DNA of 24,000 bases from Kutzneria sp. (GCA_019239965.1 JAFAZC010000102.1:18819-42818); one strand, 5' to 3'; numbered from the stretch's first letter, positions 10,957 to 19,506 are shown. The notes: generated by a model from the sequence alone, not told the origin. Numbers and translations are program-made.

Positions 10957-11256
10957 TCACACCGCACAGCGATACACGACAGCCAACAGCCAGCTGCGGG
11001 TGCCAACCGAGCCAGGATCGTATGCCTCTGGATCACGCCATATCGAAAGAAACGCCTTCTCCACCGCGCGCTCCGCAAGGGAAGCATCCGCACAGACCTT
11101 GCGGGCCACGGCGTAGGACGACACTCGGTATCGATCGTAGAGCGTGGCGAACGCGTCACGGTCGCCACGAGCGATACGACTGACCAACTCTCGGTCCGAG
11201 TCGTTCCCACCGACGCTCGACCGGGCTTCGGCTTGCCGATCGTTCCCTTCCGTCAC
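10957..11256 (-). pseudogene. Truncated ECF sigma-70 factor (sigma-2 region only)
   Basis: 99 aa with ELVSRIARGDRDAFATLYDRY...AERAVEKAFLSIWRDPEAYDPGSVGTRSWLLAVVYRCAV. It stops where region 2.4 (AVDRxR) should continue. I found no sigma-4 HTH in any downstream frame. Confidence 0.6.
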
Positions 11257-11399
11257 AGCGAAATATAGTGTCAGATGCTGCTGGAACTGGCCGGGCGTCC
11301 CCAGCGCGGTCAGGTCATTTCCCGAACCCGGTCCGCATTTTCACCCGTCCAGAGCACAGTCGCCCGCCAACCGCGCGGATCAGATCAACAGCAGGTGTC

Positions 11400-11933
11400 T
11401 CAGTCGAGCTCGACACCGGTGTCGTCAGAATGACCGTACCCCGCATCCCGAAGTTCATCGTGCACGACCTGTAGCGCCAACTCCTCGGAATACCCCTTGC
11501 GGGCCAACACACCGACCAGACGGCGAACCATGGTCATGCGGTCGACAGAGCCCAACACCCCGATCCTTTTGCGCACCAGTTGTCTTGCCCGTTCCCGCTC
11601 GGTGTCCTCATCCACCACGGCGGCCGCTTCGGCGGCCACCGGTTCGGCCACCCCCTTGCGCCGCAACTCCGCGACCAAGGCACGGCGGGACAAACCCCGA
11701 TGGGTGTGCCGGGAGCGCACCCACTCTTCAGCAAAGGCGGAGTCGTCGAGGAGGCCAGCCCGATCGAGCCGGCCAAGCACCAGTTCGGCTACCTCAGAAC
11801 CGATTCCGCTGCGGTCCATGGCTTGGCCCAGTTCCGCGCGGGACCGCGCCCTGATAGTCAACAACCGCACGCAGAGTTGCTGCGCCTTCCGTGCGGGATC
11901 CTGCTCGGACCCGTCGTCGGCAGACTCACTCAT
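11400..11933 (-). CDS. recX: Recombination regulator RecX
   Basis: 177 aa, starting 6 nt after the recA stop. It has repeated helical RecX-like segments (ARSRAELGQAM, LDDSAFAEEWVRSR, GLSRRALVAELRRKGV, RRLVGVLARKGYS). Confidence 0.9.
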   Translation of the reverse strand: MSESADDGSEQDPARKAQQLCVRLLTIRARSRAELGQAMDRSGIGSEVAELVLGRLDRAGLLDDSAFAEEWVRSRHTHRGLSRRALVAELRRKGVAEPVAAEAAAVVDEDTERERARQLVRKRIGVLGSVDRMTMVRRLVGVLARKGYSEELALQVVHDELRDAGYGHSDDTGVELD

Positions 11934-11939
11934 CAGCGA

Positions 11940-12983
11940 TCAGAAATCCACCGGAGCGGGCGCGGTCGACTCGGCGTCCAGCTTTGCCCCGATACCCATC
12001 TTCTCCTGGATCTTCTTCTCGATCTCGTTCGCCACATCCGGGTTGTCCCCGAGGAACTTGCGAGCGTTCTCCTTGCCCTGTCCCAACTGATCGCCGTCAT
12101 AGGTGTACCAGGCGCCGGACTTACGCAGAATGCCCTGCTCCACTCCCATGTCGATGAGCGAGCCTTCACGGCTGATGCCGCGCCCGTAGAGGATGTCGAA
12201 CTCAGCCTGCTTGAACGGCGGGGCGACCTTGTTCTTGACGACCTTGACCCTGGTCCGGTTGCCCACGGCATCGCCGCTGTCCTTGAGCGTCTCGATACGG
12301 CGAACATCGAGGCGGACCGAGGCGTAGAACTTCAAGGCCTTGCCACCGGTCGTGGTCTCAGGGGATCCGAACATGACGCCGATCTTCTCCCGCAGTTGGT
12401 TGATGAAGATCGCCGTGGTGTTCGAGTTGTTCAACGCACTGGTCATCTTCCGCAGTGCCTGGCTCATCAGCCGGGCCTGGAGGCCGACGTGGTTGTCCCC
12501 CATCTCGCCTTCGATCTCCGCACGCGGCACGAGCGCGGCGACTGAGTCGATCACCAGAATGTCCAGGGCTCCAGACCGGACCAGCATGTCGGCGATCTCC
12601 AAGGCCTGCTCGCCGGTGTCAGGCTGGGAAACCAGCAGTGCGTCGGTATCGACCCCGAGCGCCTTGGCATAGTCAGGATCCAACGCGTGCTCGGCGTCGA
12701 TGAACGCGGCGATGCCGCCGGCACGCTGGGCATTGGCCACCGCATGCAGGGCGACCGTGGTCTTGCCGGAGGACTCTGGACCGTAGATCTCCACGACCCT
12801 GCCCCGCGGCAGCCCGCCGATACCGAGAGCGACGTCCAGGGCGATCGAACCAGTGGGGATGATCTCGATCGGAGCCCTGGTCTCGTCGCCGAGACGCATC
12901 ACCGACCCCTTGCCGAAGTTCTTGTCGATCTGGGCGAGAGCCAGCTCAAGCGCCTTGTCCTTGTCGGGTGCTGCTGGTGCCAT
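11940..12983 (-). CDS. recA: Recombinase RecA
   Basis: Starts at ATG 12983, 6 nt after GAGGTGGA; the track ORF extends to 13040. The sequence begins [33 protein letters not shown] and has Walker [10 protein letters not shown], plus [10 protein letters not shown] and IVIDSVAAL. No intein is present. Confidence 0.97.
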   Translation of the reverse strand: MAPAAPDKDKALELALAQIDKNFGKGSVMRLGDETRAPIEIIPTGSIALDVALGIGGLPRGRVVEIYGPESSGKTTVALHAVANAQRAGGIAAFIDAEHALDPDYAKALGVDTDALLVSQPDTGEQALEIADMLVRSGALDILVIDSVAALVPRAEIEGEMGDNHVGLQARLMSQALRKMTSALNNSNTTAIFINQLREKIGVMFGSPETTTGGKALKFYASVRLDVRRIETLKDSGDAVGNRTRVKVVKNKVAPPFKQAEFDILYGRGISREGSLIDMGVEQGILRKSGAWYTYDGDQLGQGKENARKFLGDNPDVANEIEKKIQEKMGIGAKLDAESTAPAPVDF

Positions 12984-13055
12984 GGGAAGTCCACCTCGGT
13001 TGTCGTGTCGGGCCGGGCCGGCTGCTGCCCGAGCCGCCATTGGTTGTCATGGCCG

Positions 13056-13078
13056 ACGCTACGGGGAGGGTCTGACAA
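13056..13078 (-). promoter_or_regulatory. RecA-NDp / PafBC-type damage-inducible promoter of recA
   Basis: The minus strand reads TTGTCAGAC-N8-TAGCGT. This fits the mycobacterial motif tTGTCRgtg-N8-TAnnnT and ends about 70 nt upstream of the recA ATG. Confidence 0.6.
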
Positions 13079-13107
13079 GTAGCGGCAAGCTGCGCCCCAC
13101 AGGCTAG

Positions 13108-13123
13108 CCGAACACCTGTTCGA
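13108..13123. promoter_or_regulatory. LexA (SOS, Cheo-type) box upstream of recA
   Basis: CCGAACACCTGTTCGA contains the palindrome CGAAC-N4-GTTCG, matching the actinobacterial consensus TCGAAC-N4-GTTCGA. It lies 125-140 nt upstream of the recA start. Confidence 0.85.
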
Positions 13124-13151
13124 GGGAAAATCGACACACCGCCCGGGTGAC

Positions 13152-13346
13152 TCAGCGACGATCCGCCGGCACCTCGAAGGCCTCGCAGACGGCCGACCAG
13201 ATTCGCTTGGTCGGCACTCCCTCCTCCAACGCCTGATCAACAGTGAGCCCCCCGAGCGCGGAGAACACATGGTCCCTGGCAAGCATCTCGGATCTGACCT
13301 GGCCGAACTCCTCGGCCATCCGGCGGCGGAAGACAGTGGTGCGCAT
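13152..13346 (-). CDS. DUF3046-family small protein (conserved recA-upstream gene)
   Basis: Starts at the internal ATG 13346: MRTTVFRRRMAEEFGQVRSEMLARDHVFSALGGLTVDQALEEGVPTKRIWSAVCEAFEVP. At 64 aa, its size, sequence style and position upstream of recA match the Rv2738c-like family as I recall it. Confidence 0.75.
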   Translation of the reverse strand: MRTTVFRRRMAEEFGQVRSEMLARDHVFSALGGLTVDQALEEGVPTKRIWSAVCEAFEVPADRR

Positions 13347-13678
13347 CTTCGCCAGATTACGCGGACAACAATTTGCAGGAAGTTGATACCGGGGTCTTCC
13401 CAGCACCAAGAAACGCGCTATCCTTGTTCGTGGGTCCGCGATCCCCCAGCCCCAGAGGCAAGACCTCGGCGGCGGAAGTCGCGGCGGAAGCCCCGTAGTC
13501 GACCCCCAGGGCTGCGGGGCTTCATCATGCCTGACGGCACCTGACAGCCCTGGATATCAGATCGGCCGCGCTCCACACGACAAAACAGCAGAACTCCGCG
13601 TCTATCACCGATCGGCCGCGCGCACCGTGGTCTGTGTGACGTCTCGATGGGCGTACTCGCCATTCGGGCAGCTTGGGG

Positions 13679-14328
13679 TCATGTCTCCGGAGTGGCGCGT
13701 CTGCTTGGACGGGACGGCTGGACAAGGCTGATCACGGCCACGCTGGCGAGCATCGCCACGACAAGGGCAAAAATCGTTCCGCCCTCGATGAGATCGGTGG
13801 CCTGGTTAAGCACGCCGACCCCGACGATGGGCAGCGAGATTCCGAGATAGGCGACAATGAACAGGCTCGAACTGACCGCCCCGCGCTAGTCCTCTGGCGC
13901 GCCGCCAGAGACGAGCGCCAAGCCGGCGGCGAAACTCAGGCCCTGTCCAAGGCCGGCGACCACGCACAGACAATGAGAAGCAGGACCGACCGGAGCTGCA
14001 GCGCGAGCACAAGCAGGCCCATGCCCAGGAGCAGCAGCGGCAGTCCGTTGGCAAGCACACAGCACACTGCGCTGAGTGCGGCGGCGACAAGTCCTGGAAC
14101 CAGGGTGCGCTTGCGGCCGACCCGATCAGACACAGCACCAAACAGGATCAGGGCCGCGATCACTCCGGCGGCATAGGTCGCGAAGATCACTGTCACAGTC
14201 AGGCCGGAGAGTCCGAACTCGTTCTGGCACAGCGGATACAACGGGGTCGGCAGCGTTGTCCCGGCCATCGTGACTAGAAAGGCGAAAGCGACCCAGCCAA
14301 AACCGGTGGCGTGCGCCCTGTCCTTCAC
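13679..14328 (-). pseudogene. Decayed MFS transporter (internal deletion, frameshift, in-frame TAG)
   Basis: ORF 13936..14328 gives MFS TM1-TM4 (GRKRTLVPGL motif). A second minus-strand frame gives a typical MFS C-terminus, VAGLGQGLSFAAGLALVSGGAPED*RGAVSSSLFIVAYLGISLPIVGVGVL...TPET. It has a TAG at 13886-13888 and its stop at 13679-13681. Only about 215 codons remain of the roughly 400 expected. Confidence 0.65.
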
Positions 14329-14337
14329 CGCGGCCCC

Positions 14338-15291
14338 CTACTGGTTCGTGCGACGACCATCACCGGGCGATGAGCCGGATCGAAGAAACGGCAGGAGGTG
14401 ATCGAGCAGCTGCCGGGGCTGTTCCTCGGGCACATAGTGCCCGCTGTCGGTGATGGTGACATGGGTGAGGTCGACGACGACTGGTTCCAGCGCGGAGCGG
14501 ACGCGGTCGGACTGGCCGTGCTCGCCTCCCACTGACAGCACGGGCATCCGCAGCTTGCGCCGCTTGCGCTGGTCGTTCTGCTCGATGATCTCTTCGATGG
14601 CGCGGTAGAAGTTGAAGCTGGCATGGAGCGCCTGCGGGCTGCGGCGCAGCATGTCGACATAGAACCGCACGGCGTACTCGGGCATCGTCGTCGGAGTCGC
14701 CCCTTTGGTCGCGAACTGATCGCGGAGCAACAACTCCTCCCGGCCGGTAACAAGGCGCTCATTGAGGTTGTGCAATCGGTTGAACCCGAAATGCCACGTG
14801 GTGTCATTGACCGCGTCCGCGCTGAACAGCGGAATCGAGGGGGCGAGACCCGGGATGGTGGCGTCGACCAGCACCAGCCGCTCGACCCTGTCGGGGAAAT
14901 CCGACGCGAGCGCGTAGGAGGTCCACATGCCGACGTCGTGTCCCATCAAAGCGAACCGGCGGTGCCCGAGGGTTTCCATGAGATCGACGAATTCACCGGC
15001 GAGGCTGCCCGAGTCGTAACCCCCTTCGGGCTTGTCCGACAGCCCGACCCCGCGCGGGTCGGCGGCCACCACCCGATACTCCTGAGCCAACCGAGGCATG
15101 ACCAAGCGCCACTCGTACCAGCACTGCGGCCAGCCGGAGATCAGCAGCAGCGGCGGACCGTGTCCTCCCACGACGGCATGCAGCCTGACGCCGTCGACCT
15201 CGACAAGCCTGCTCTGGAACGTGGCACTGAAGCCCTCTGGTAGCCGCGGTGCTCCTTGTACGGTGCCGAAACCGCTCGCTCCCTGCTCCAT
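14338..15291 (-). CDS. Alpha/beta hydrolase, epoxide hydrolase / haloacetate dehalogenase-like (Asp nucleophile)
   Basis: 317 aa with GWPQCWYEWRLVMP, ADPRGVGLSD, the nucleophile elbow GHDVG, and a C-terminal GHYVPEEQP containing the catalytic His. Confidence 0.85.
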   Translation of the reverse strand: MEQGASGFGTVQGAPRLPEGFSATFQSRLVEVDGVRLHAVVGGHGPPLLLISGWPQCWYEWRLVMPRLAQEYRVVAADPRGVGLSDKPEGGYDSGSLAGEFVDLMETLGHRRFALMGHDVGMWTSYALASDFPDRVERLVLVDATIPGLAPSIPLFSADAVNDTTWHFGFNRLHNLNERLVTGREELLLRDQFATKGATPTTMPEYAVRFYVDMLRRSPQALHASFNFYRAIEEIIEQNDQRKRRKLRMPVLSVGGEHGQSDRVRSALEPVVVDLTHVTITDSGHYVPEEQPRQLLDHLLPFLRSGSSPGDGRRTNQ

Positions 15292-15319
15292 GGCCCTACG
15301 CTCCTTCCGGACGGATGGT

Positions 15320-16543
15320 TCACAGAGGCGCTCTACCCGATCGGGTACCGGTGAAACCGAGCGTCGGCGAGGGGGCTACCACCGGTCGTACGGCACCCTC
15401 CGGTTCGGGCAGCCGACGTACCGCCAGCGACGCGACAACCGGCGCCACCAGTAGGGCCGACAGCGTGACGGGCAGAGACGTCGCCTCGGCAAGCAGGCCG
15501 AGCAGCGGCGCCACGAGGCCGCCGACGCTGACGGCGAGGCCAAGGGTGACGCCGCTCGCGGTGCCAACACGGGTGGCCAGATAGTCCTGTCCGAGTGTGA
15601 CGTGGAGCGAGAACGGGACAGAGCCGACCAGCCCGACGGCGGCCACGACGACGAAAACGGCCGGACCGGGCATGAGGACGAGCCCGGCCAGCGCGACAAC
15701 GGTGACGAGGTGGGCCAGGCGGACGGTGCGGACGCGCCCGTACCGGTCGGCGAGTCGACCGCCGAGGAGCGTGCCGACCGCGCCGAAGGCGGACAGCACG
15801 ACCAGCGCCGCCTCGCCGACCACAGTGCCGGCGTGCAGTCTGTGCTGGACGAACAGCGCGAGGAACGTGCTCAGTCCGAACATCAGCACGGAACGGCACA
15901 CGACCGCGACCGACAGCAGCCCGAACGCCCGCCAGTTGTCGCTCCTCCCGCTGGCGGCTCGGGCGGTATCGGTGGCCGGAGCCAAAACCCGTCGCAGCAG
16001 CGCTGCCGTGACCAGACAACCGATCACGGCCGGCACGGCGAGCAGCGGCGTGCCGAACAGTCCTGTCACCCCGAGCACCGCGGTGACCAGCATGGGGCCG
16101 GCGGCGAAACCCACGTTGCCACCGAGGGAGAACCAGCTCATACCGACATGGCTTCCAGCCGTGGCGGCACGGGCCAGCCGAGCCGACTCCGGGTGGTAAG
16201 CGGCGACACCGAGCCCGGACAAGGCCACAACCACCCAGGTGAACCCGTAGTTGTCGACCAGTCCCGCCGCCGCGATACCGAGGCCGGCCAGTGCCATGCC
16301 GGCGGGGACCAGCCACGGCAGTGACCGGCGGTCCGTCAGTGCACCAAAAGCCGGCTGCGCGATCGAGGACAGCACCGTGGCCGCGAGCGTGAGGCCGGAG
16401 ATGGCGACGTAGTCGTAGTGCCGTTCGGCGACGAAAAAGGGGACGAGAGCCGGCACGGCCCCCTGGTAGACGTCGTTGACCGCGTGTCCGGCGATGAGAA
16501 CCATGCTGGCCCAACGGGATGTTTGCGTTGTGGTCGTCGACAT
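15320..16543 (-). CDS. MFS transporter, Fsr (fosmidomycin-resistance) family-like
   Basis: 407 aa and about 12 TM segments. GHAVNDVYQGAVPALVPF, SSIAQPAFGALTDR and AAYHPESARLA match the Fsr-type motifs as I recall them from E. coli Fsr. Confidence 0.82.
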   Translation of the reverse strand: MSTTTTQTSRWASMVLIAGHAVNDVYQGAVPALVPFFVAERHYDYVAISGLTLAATVLSSIAQPAFGALTDRRSLPWLVPAGMALAGLGIAAAGLVDNYGFTWVVVALSGLGVAAYHPESARLARAATAGSHVGMSWFSLGGNVGFAAGPMLVTAVLGVTGLFGTPLLAVPAVIGCLVTAALLRRVLAPATDTARAASGRSDNWRAFGLLSVAVVCRSVLMFGLSTFLALFVQHRLHAGTVVGEAALVVLSAFGAVGTLLGGRLADRYGRVRTVRLAHLVTVVALAGLVLMPGPAVFVVVAAVGLVGSVPFSLHVTLGQDYLATRVGTASGVTLGLAVSVGGLVAPLLGLLAEATSLPVTLSALLVAPVVASLAVRRLPEPEGAVRPVVAPSPTLGFTGTRSGRAPL

Positions 16544-16603
16544 AGGGCCAGCATCCGCGGCCGCAGCATAGGCCCGCTTCCGATATAGCGCCTATTTATG
16601 TCG

Positions 16604-17377
16604 CTAACTCGCCACGGCCGCGCCCGGTTCTGCGCGCGTCCCGGCATGGCGGCGGCGTCCCGGCGTGTATCCGAGATGGCGGCGGAACACGTCGACGAAC
16701 GCACTGGTCGTGATCCATCCGCAGCGGTGCCCGGTTGACGTGACCGAGACACCCTCCGCCAGCAGCCGCAGAGCCAGATGCAGCCGCAACTGCGTGCGCC
16801 ACTGCGGGAACGTCATCCCCAGCTCGCCGGCGAATAGTCGCGTCAGTGTGCGCTGGCTGACCCCGACCTCGGCACCAAGCCGCGCGAGACTGCGTTGGTC
16901 GGCGGGGTTCAGTTCGAGCAGCCGGCACACTGCGGCGAGCCGGGAGTCCCGCGGCGTCGGTAGATGGACGGCCTCCTGTCGCGCGTCGCGCAGTTCGTCG
17001 AGGATGACCAGCCGCAACCGCTCCCGCCGCGCCGAGGAATCCGCCGGATCGCGGGTGTAGGCAATGATCAGCTCCCGCAGCAAGGGGCCGACGCACAGGA
17101 CGGCGGGAGTGTGCAGCCGCAGTGGATTGGCCGAGGCCGGTAGCCCTATCGTGTGCAGACTCGTCGCGCCATAAGCCCGGTGCTCGTGCACGGAACCGGC
17201 CGGGACCCAGATCGCCCTGGTGGCGGGTGCGACCCACGATCCAGCGTCCGTGGCGACCGCCAGCACGCCGCGACTGGCGTACACGATCTGGTTCTCCTCG
17301 TGGCGGTGCGCGTCGATGCCCGCCCCGGCGCCTAGTGTCCTTGACAGCGTCGGTGCTGGCCTCGACGGACCACTCAT
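16604..17377 (-). CDS. AraC-family transcriptional regulator with N-terminal cupin domain
   Basis: The track ORF 16604..18031 is over-extended antisense into folD. The plausible start is ATG 17377 (MSGPSRP...). It has a cupin-like HRHEENQIVYASRGVL...WVPAGSVHEH and a C-terminal double HTH (SLARLGAEVGVSQRTLTRLF, GWITTSAFVDVFRRHLGYTP). Confidence 0.85.
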   Translation of the reverse strand: MSGPSRPAPTLSRTLGAGAGIDAHRHEENQIVYASRGVLAVATDAGSWVAPATRAIWVPAGSVHEHRAYGATSLHTIGLPASANPLRLHTPAVLCVGPLLRELIIAYTRDPADSSARRERLRLVILDELRDARQEAVHLPTPRDSRLAAVCRLLELNPADQRSLARLGAEVGVSQRTLTRLFAGELGMTFPQWRTQLRLHLALRLLAEGVSVTSTGHRCGWITTSAFVDVFRRHLGYTPGRRRHAGTRAEPGAAVAS

Positions 17378-17474
17378 CGGCACGGGAAGGCAGTTTATCG
17401 GAGAAACATCGTGAGCATAGAGTTCGTCCGGCAGGATCAGATGATCGAGTCTGGCTCCTGGAAGGAATGCGGAG

Positions 17475-18320
17475 ATGACCCTGATCGACGGGCGGGCGGT
17501 GGCCGCCACGATCCGAGAACAGGTAGCGGCCAAGGCGCGAGCGCTGCGTTCGACAGGGGCCACGCCAACCCTGGCGATCCTGGTTCCCACCGATGACGAG
17601 GCGACCGCATGGTACGTGCGGTCGATCGAACGGATGGCCGAGAAGGTCGACGTGCGCGTGCGGGTGGTCAGGGAAACCAACGACATCGGCGCCTGTCTTG
17701 CCGAGCTGTCGGCGGACCCGACGATGCATGGGGTGATCTGCCAGACCCCGCTGCCCGCCGGGATGTCACTGGACGTCCTCGGCCGACACATCGACACGGC
17801 CAAGGATGTCGACGGCGCCAACCCGGTGAGCCTCGGCCGGCTCGCTGTTGGCTTGCCCGCGTTCGCACCCGCCACCGCGCAGGCTGTCATTGAGCTGCTG
17901 CGTGCCCACGGCACCACCCTTGCCGGGACCGACGTGGTCGTCGTCGGGCGCAGCTCGGTGGTGGGCAAACCAGCGGCACTGCTGCTGCTGGCCGAAAACG
18001 CCACGGTGACGGTGTGCCACTCGCACACCAAGGACCTCGCGGTGCAGACGAGTCGGGCCGACGTCGTTGTCGCCTGTGTCGGACGCGCCCAGATACTGGG
18101 TGCCGCTCATATGCGCCCCGGTGCTGTTGTCATCGATGTCGGCACGAACCCGACCGCGGACGGTGGTCTCGTGGGTGACGTCGACACCGCCGCGGTCGAA
18201 CCCATCGCGGAGGCCATCACCCCGGTGCCCGGTGGGGTCGGGCCGGTGACGACCGCACTGCTGCTCCGCAATGTGGTCTCCGCCGCGCAGGCCGCATCGG
18301 CGTCTTCCGCGCAGGAGTGA
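17475..18320 (+). CDS. folD: Bifunctional methylenetetrahydrofolate dehydrogenase / methenyl-THF cyclohydrolase
   Basis: 281 aa with KDVDGANPVSLGRL, VVVGRSSVVGKPAALLL and TPVPGGVGPVTTALLL. Confidence 0.93.
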   Translation: MTLIDGRAVAATIREQVAAKARALRSTGATPTLAILVPTDDEATAWYVRSIERMAEKVDVRVRVVRETNDIGACLAELSADPTMHGVICQTPLPAGMSLDVLGRHIDTAKDVDGANPVSLGRLAVGLPAFAPATAQAVIELLRAHGTTLAGTDVVVVGRSSVVGKPAALLLLAENATVTVCHSHTKDLAVQTSRADVVVACVGRAQILGAAHMRPGAVVIDVGTNPTADGGLVGDVDTAAVEPIAEAITPVPGGVGPVTTALLLRNVVSAAQAASASSAQE

Positions 18321-18332
18321 CCCGAGCGGCGG

Positions 18333-19067
18333 CTAGCCAGGCTGGCCGGCCAGTTGTCGGTCGGCCGGAAGCCGGCGCCGCACCAGGACCCCGAACAGCA
18401 GGGCGATGGTCGTCCACATGATCAGCTGGGTGCCGAGGGACGCGACCCGGAAACTCCACAGCACGTCCGCGGGGAACTCCTTCGGTACCTCGTCGACGGC
18501 CGGAAACAGCAGGCCGGCAACGGACAGTGCCACGACGAAGGCCAGCACCGCGACCAGTGTCGCGTTCCAGGCGCCCAGCCGCGACATCAGCCGGCGGCCG
18601 AGGCAGGCCGCCGCGATCGCACATCCGACCGAGACGGCCACCATCAGGAAGTAGGTCACGGTGCGCTCGTCGATCGTGTCGGCGTTGCCGATCGAGGGCG
18701 GATTGGCCGGATACTTCAGAAACGGCACGACGAAAGCCGACAGGTAACCGCCGACACCGAGCACCAGTGCGGTCGCCCTTGCGTCGAGCCTGCCGATCCG
18801 CCCGTACGCGACCGCGAAAGCCAGCGCGAACAGTCCACCGAAGGCGACCGCGTAGACCAGCACACCCGTGGCGAGGCCGAGGGTGCTCTGCACGGCACGA
18901 CTCACCAACTCCGGCTCGGGCGGTTCACCGGCGGCGGTCGCCTCCGCCGACTCGAAGTCGATGGCCGCACCGACCGACGGCTCCCCGATGACCCGCGCGA
19001 ACACCAAGGCCAACACGCCGGCCACCAGGCCGGCGAACATTCCGCGCACCAACAGCATTCTCATCAT
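18333..19067 (-). CDS. cbtA: Cobalt transporter subunit CbtA
   Basis: 244 aa. The N-terminus LLVRGMFAGLVAGVLALVFARVIGEPSVGAAIDFE is followed by several TM helices. It sits directly downstream of cbtB, behind a B12 riboswitch. Confidence 0.75.
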   Translation of the reverse strand: MMRMLLVRGMFAGLVAGVLALVFARVIGEPSVGAAIDFESAEATAAGEPPEPELVSRAVQSTLGLATGVLVYAVAFGGLFALAFAVAYGRIGRLDARATALVLGVGGYLSAFVVPFLKYPANPPSIGNADTIDERTVTYFLMVAVSVGCAIAAACLGRRLMSRLGAWNATLVAVLAFVVALSVAGLLFPAVDEVPKEFPADVLWSFRVASLGTQLIMWTTIALLFGVLVRRRLPADRQLAGQPG

Positions 19068-19086
19068 GTGACTGCGCCTGTCCCGT

Positions 19087-19302
19087 TCAGTGACAGGGGA
19101 AGCCGAGCAGGTGCCGACCGTCGTGCACGAACTCGTGCACGTAGTGCCCCGAGATCAGCGAGGTGGCACCCTGTTCCGCACCGACGAAGTAGAGCAGCAC
19201 CATGGCGAGCACGCCGATGAACACCGCCCAGGGCAGCACTTCACGAAGGGGGATGCGAACCGGAATGGGAACCGCGACTGACGCGGATGAGGCGACGCTC
19301 AT
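19087..19302 (-). CDS. cbtB: Cobalt transporter subunit CbtB
   Basis: Internal ATG 19302 follows a perfect AAGGAGG. The 71-aa product has one TM (VLPWAVFIGVLAMVLLYFV) and a His-rich tail, HYVHEFVHDGRHLLGFPCH, typical of CbtB. Confidence 0.75.
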   Translation of the reverse strand: MSVASSASVAVPIPVRIPLREVLPWAVFIGVLAMVLLYFVGAEQGATSLISGHYVHEFVHDGRHLLGFPCH

Positions 19303-19309
19303 CGGAACC

Positions 19310-19460
19310 TCCTTGGGTTTTCGCGACCCGGCAGACGTGTTCACGACGGTGGAGTGTCTGACTCGCGTCCCACCCTCGGGGGCGGGACGCATACAGTGGC
19401 GCGACCGCGCCGGATTCACACCGGCTTACTCCTTGCCGTCGGTCGACACGGACGGTAGCC
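19310..19460 (-). promoter_or_regulatory. Cobalamin (B12) riboswitch in the cbtB-cbtA leader
   Basis: The minus strand reads ...GGCAAGGAGTAAGCCGGTGTGAATCCGGCGCGGTCGCGCCACTGTA.... This matches the conserved GGTG.GAA.CC...GC.G..CGCCACTGT core. It is followed by the hairpin GCGTCCCGCCC-ccga-GGGTGGGACGC and a B12-box-like GAGTCAGACACTCC, ending at the RBS. Confidence 0.8.
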
Positions 19461-19506
19461 ATGGCCGAAGGCCGCTGTCAATCGACCAAGCAGGTCGGCG
19501 GAACAC

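Noticed and set aside
17378-18031. 5' extension of the AraC ORF (track 16604..18031, 475 aa).
   Set aside because: The extension is antisense to folD and has no protein-like features. The AraC cupin domain begins right after the ATG at 17377.
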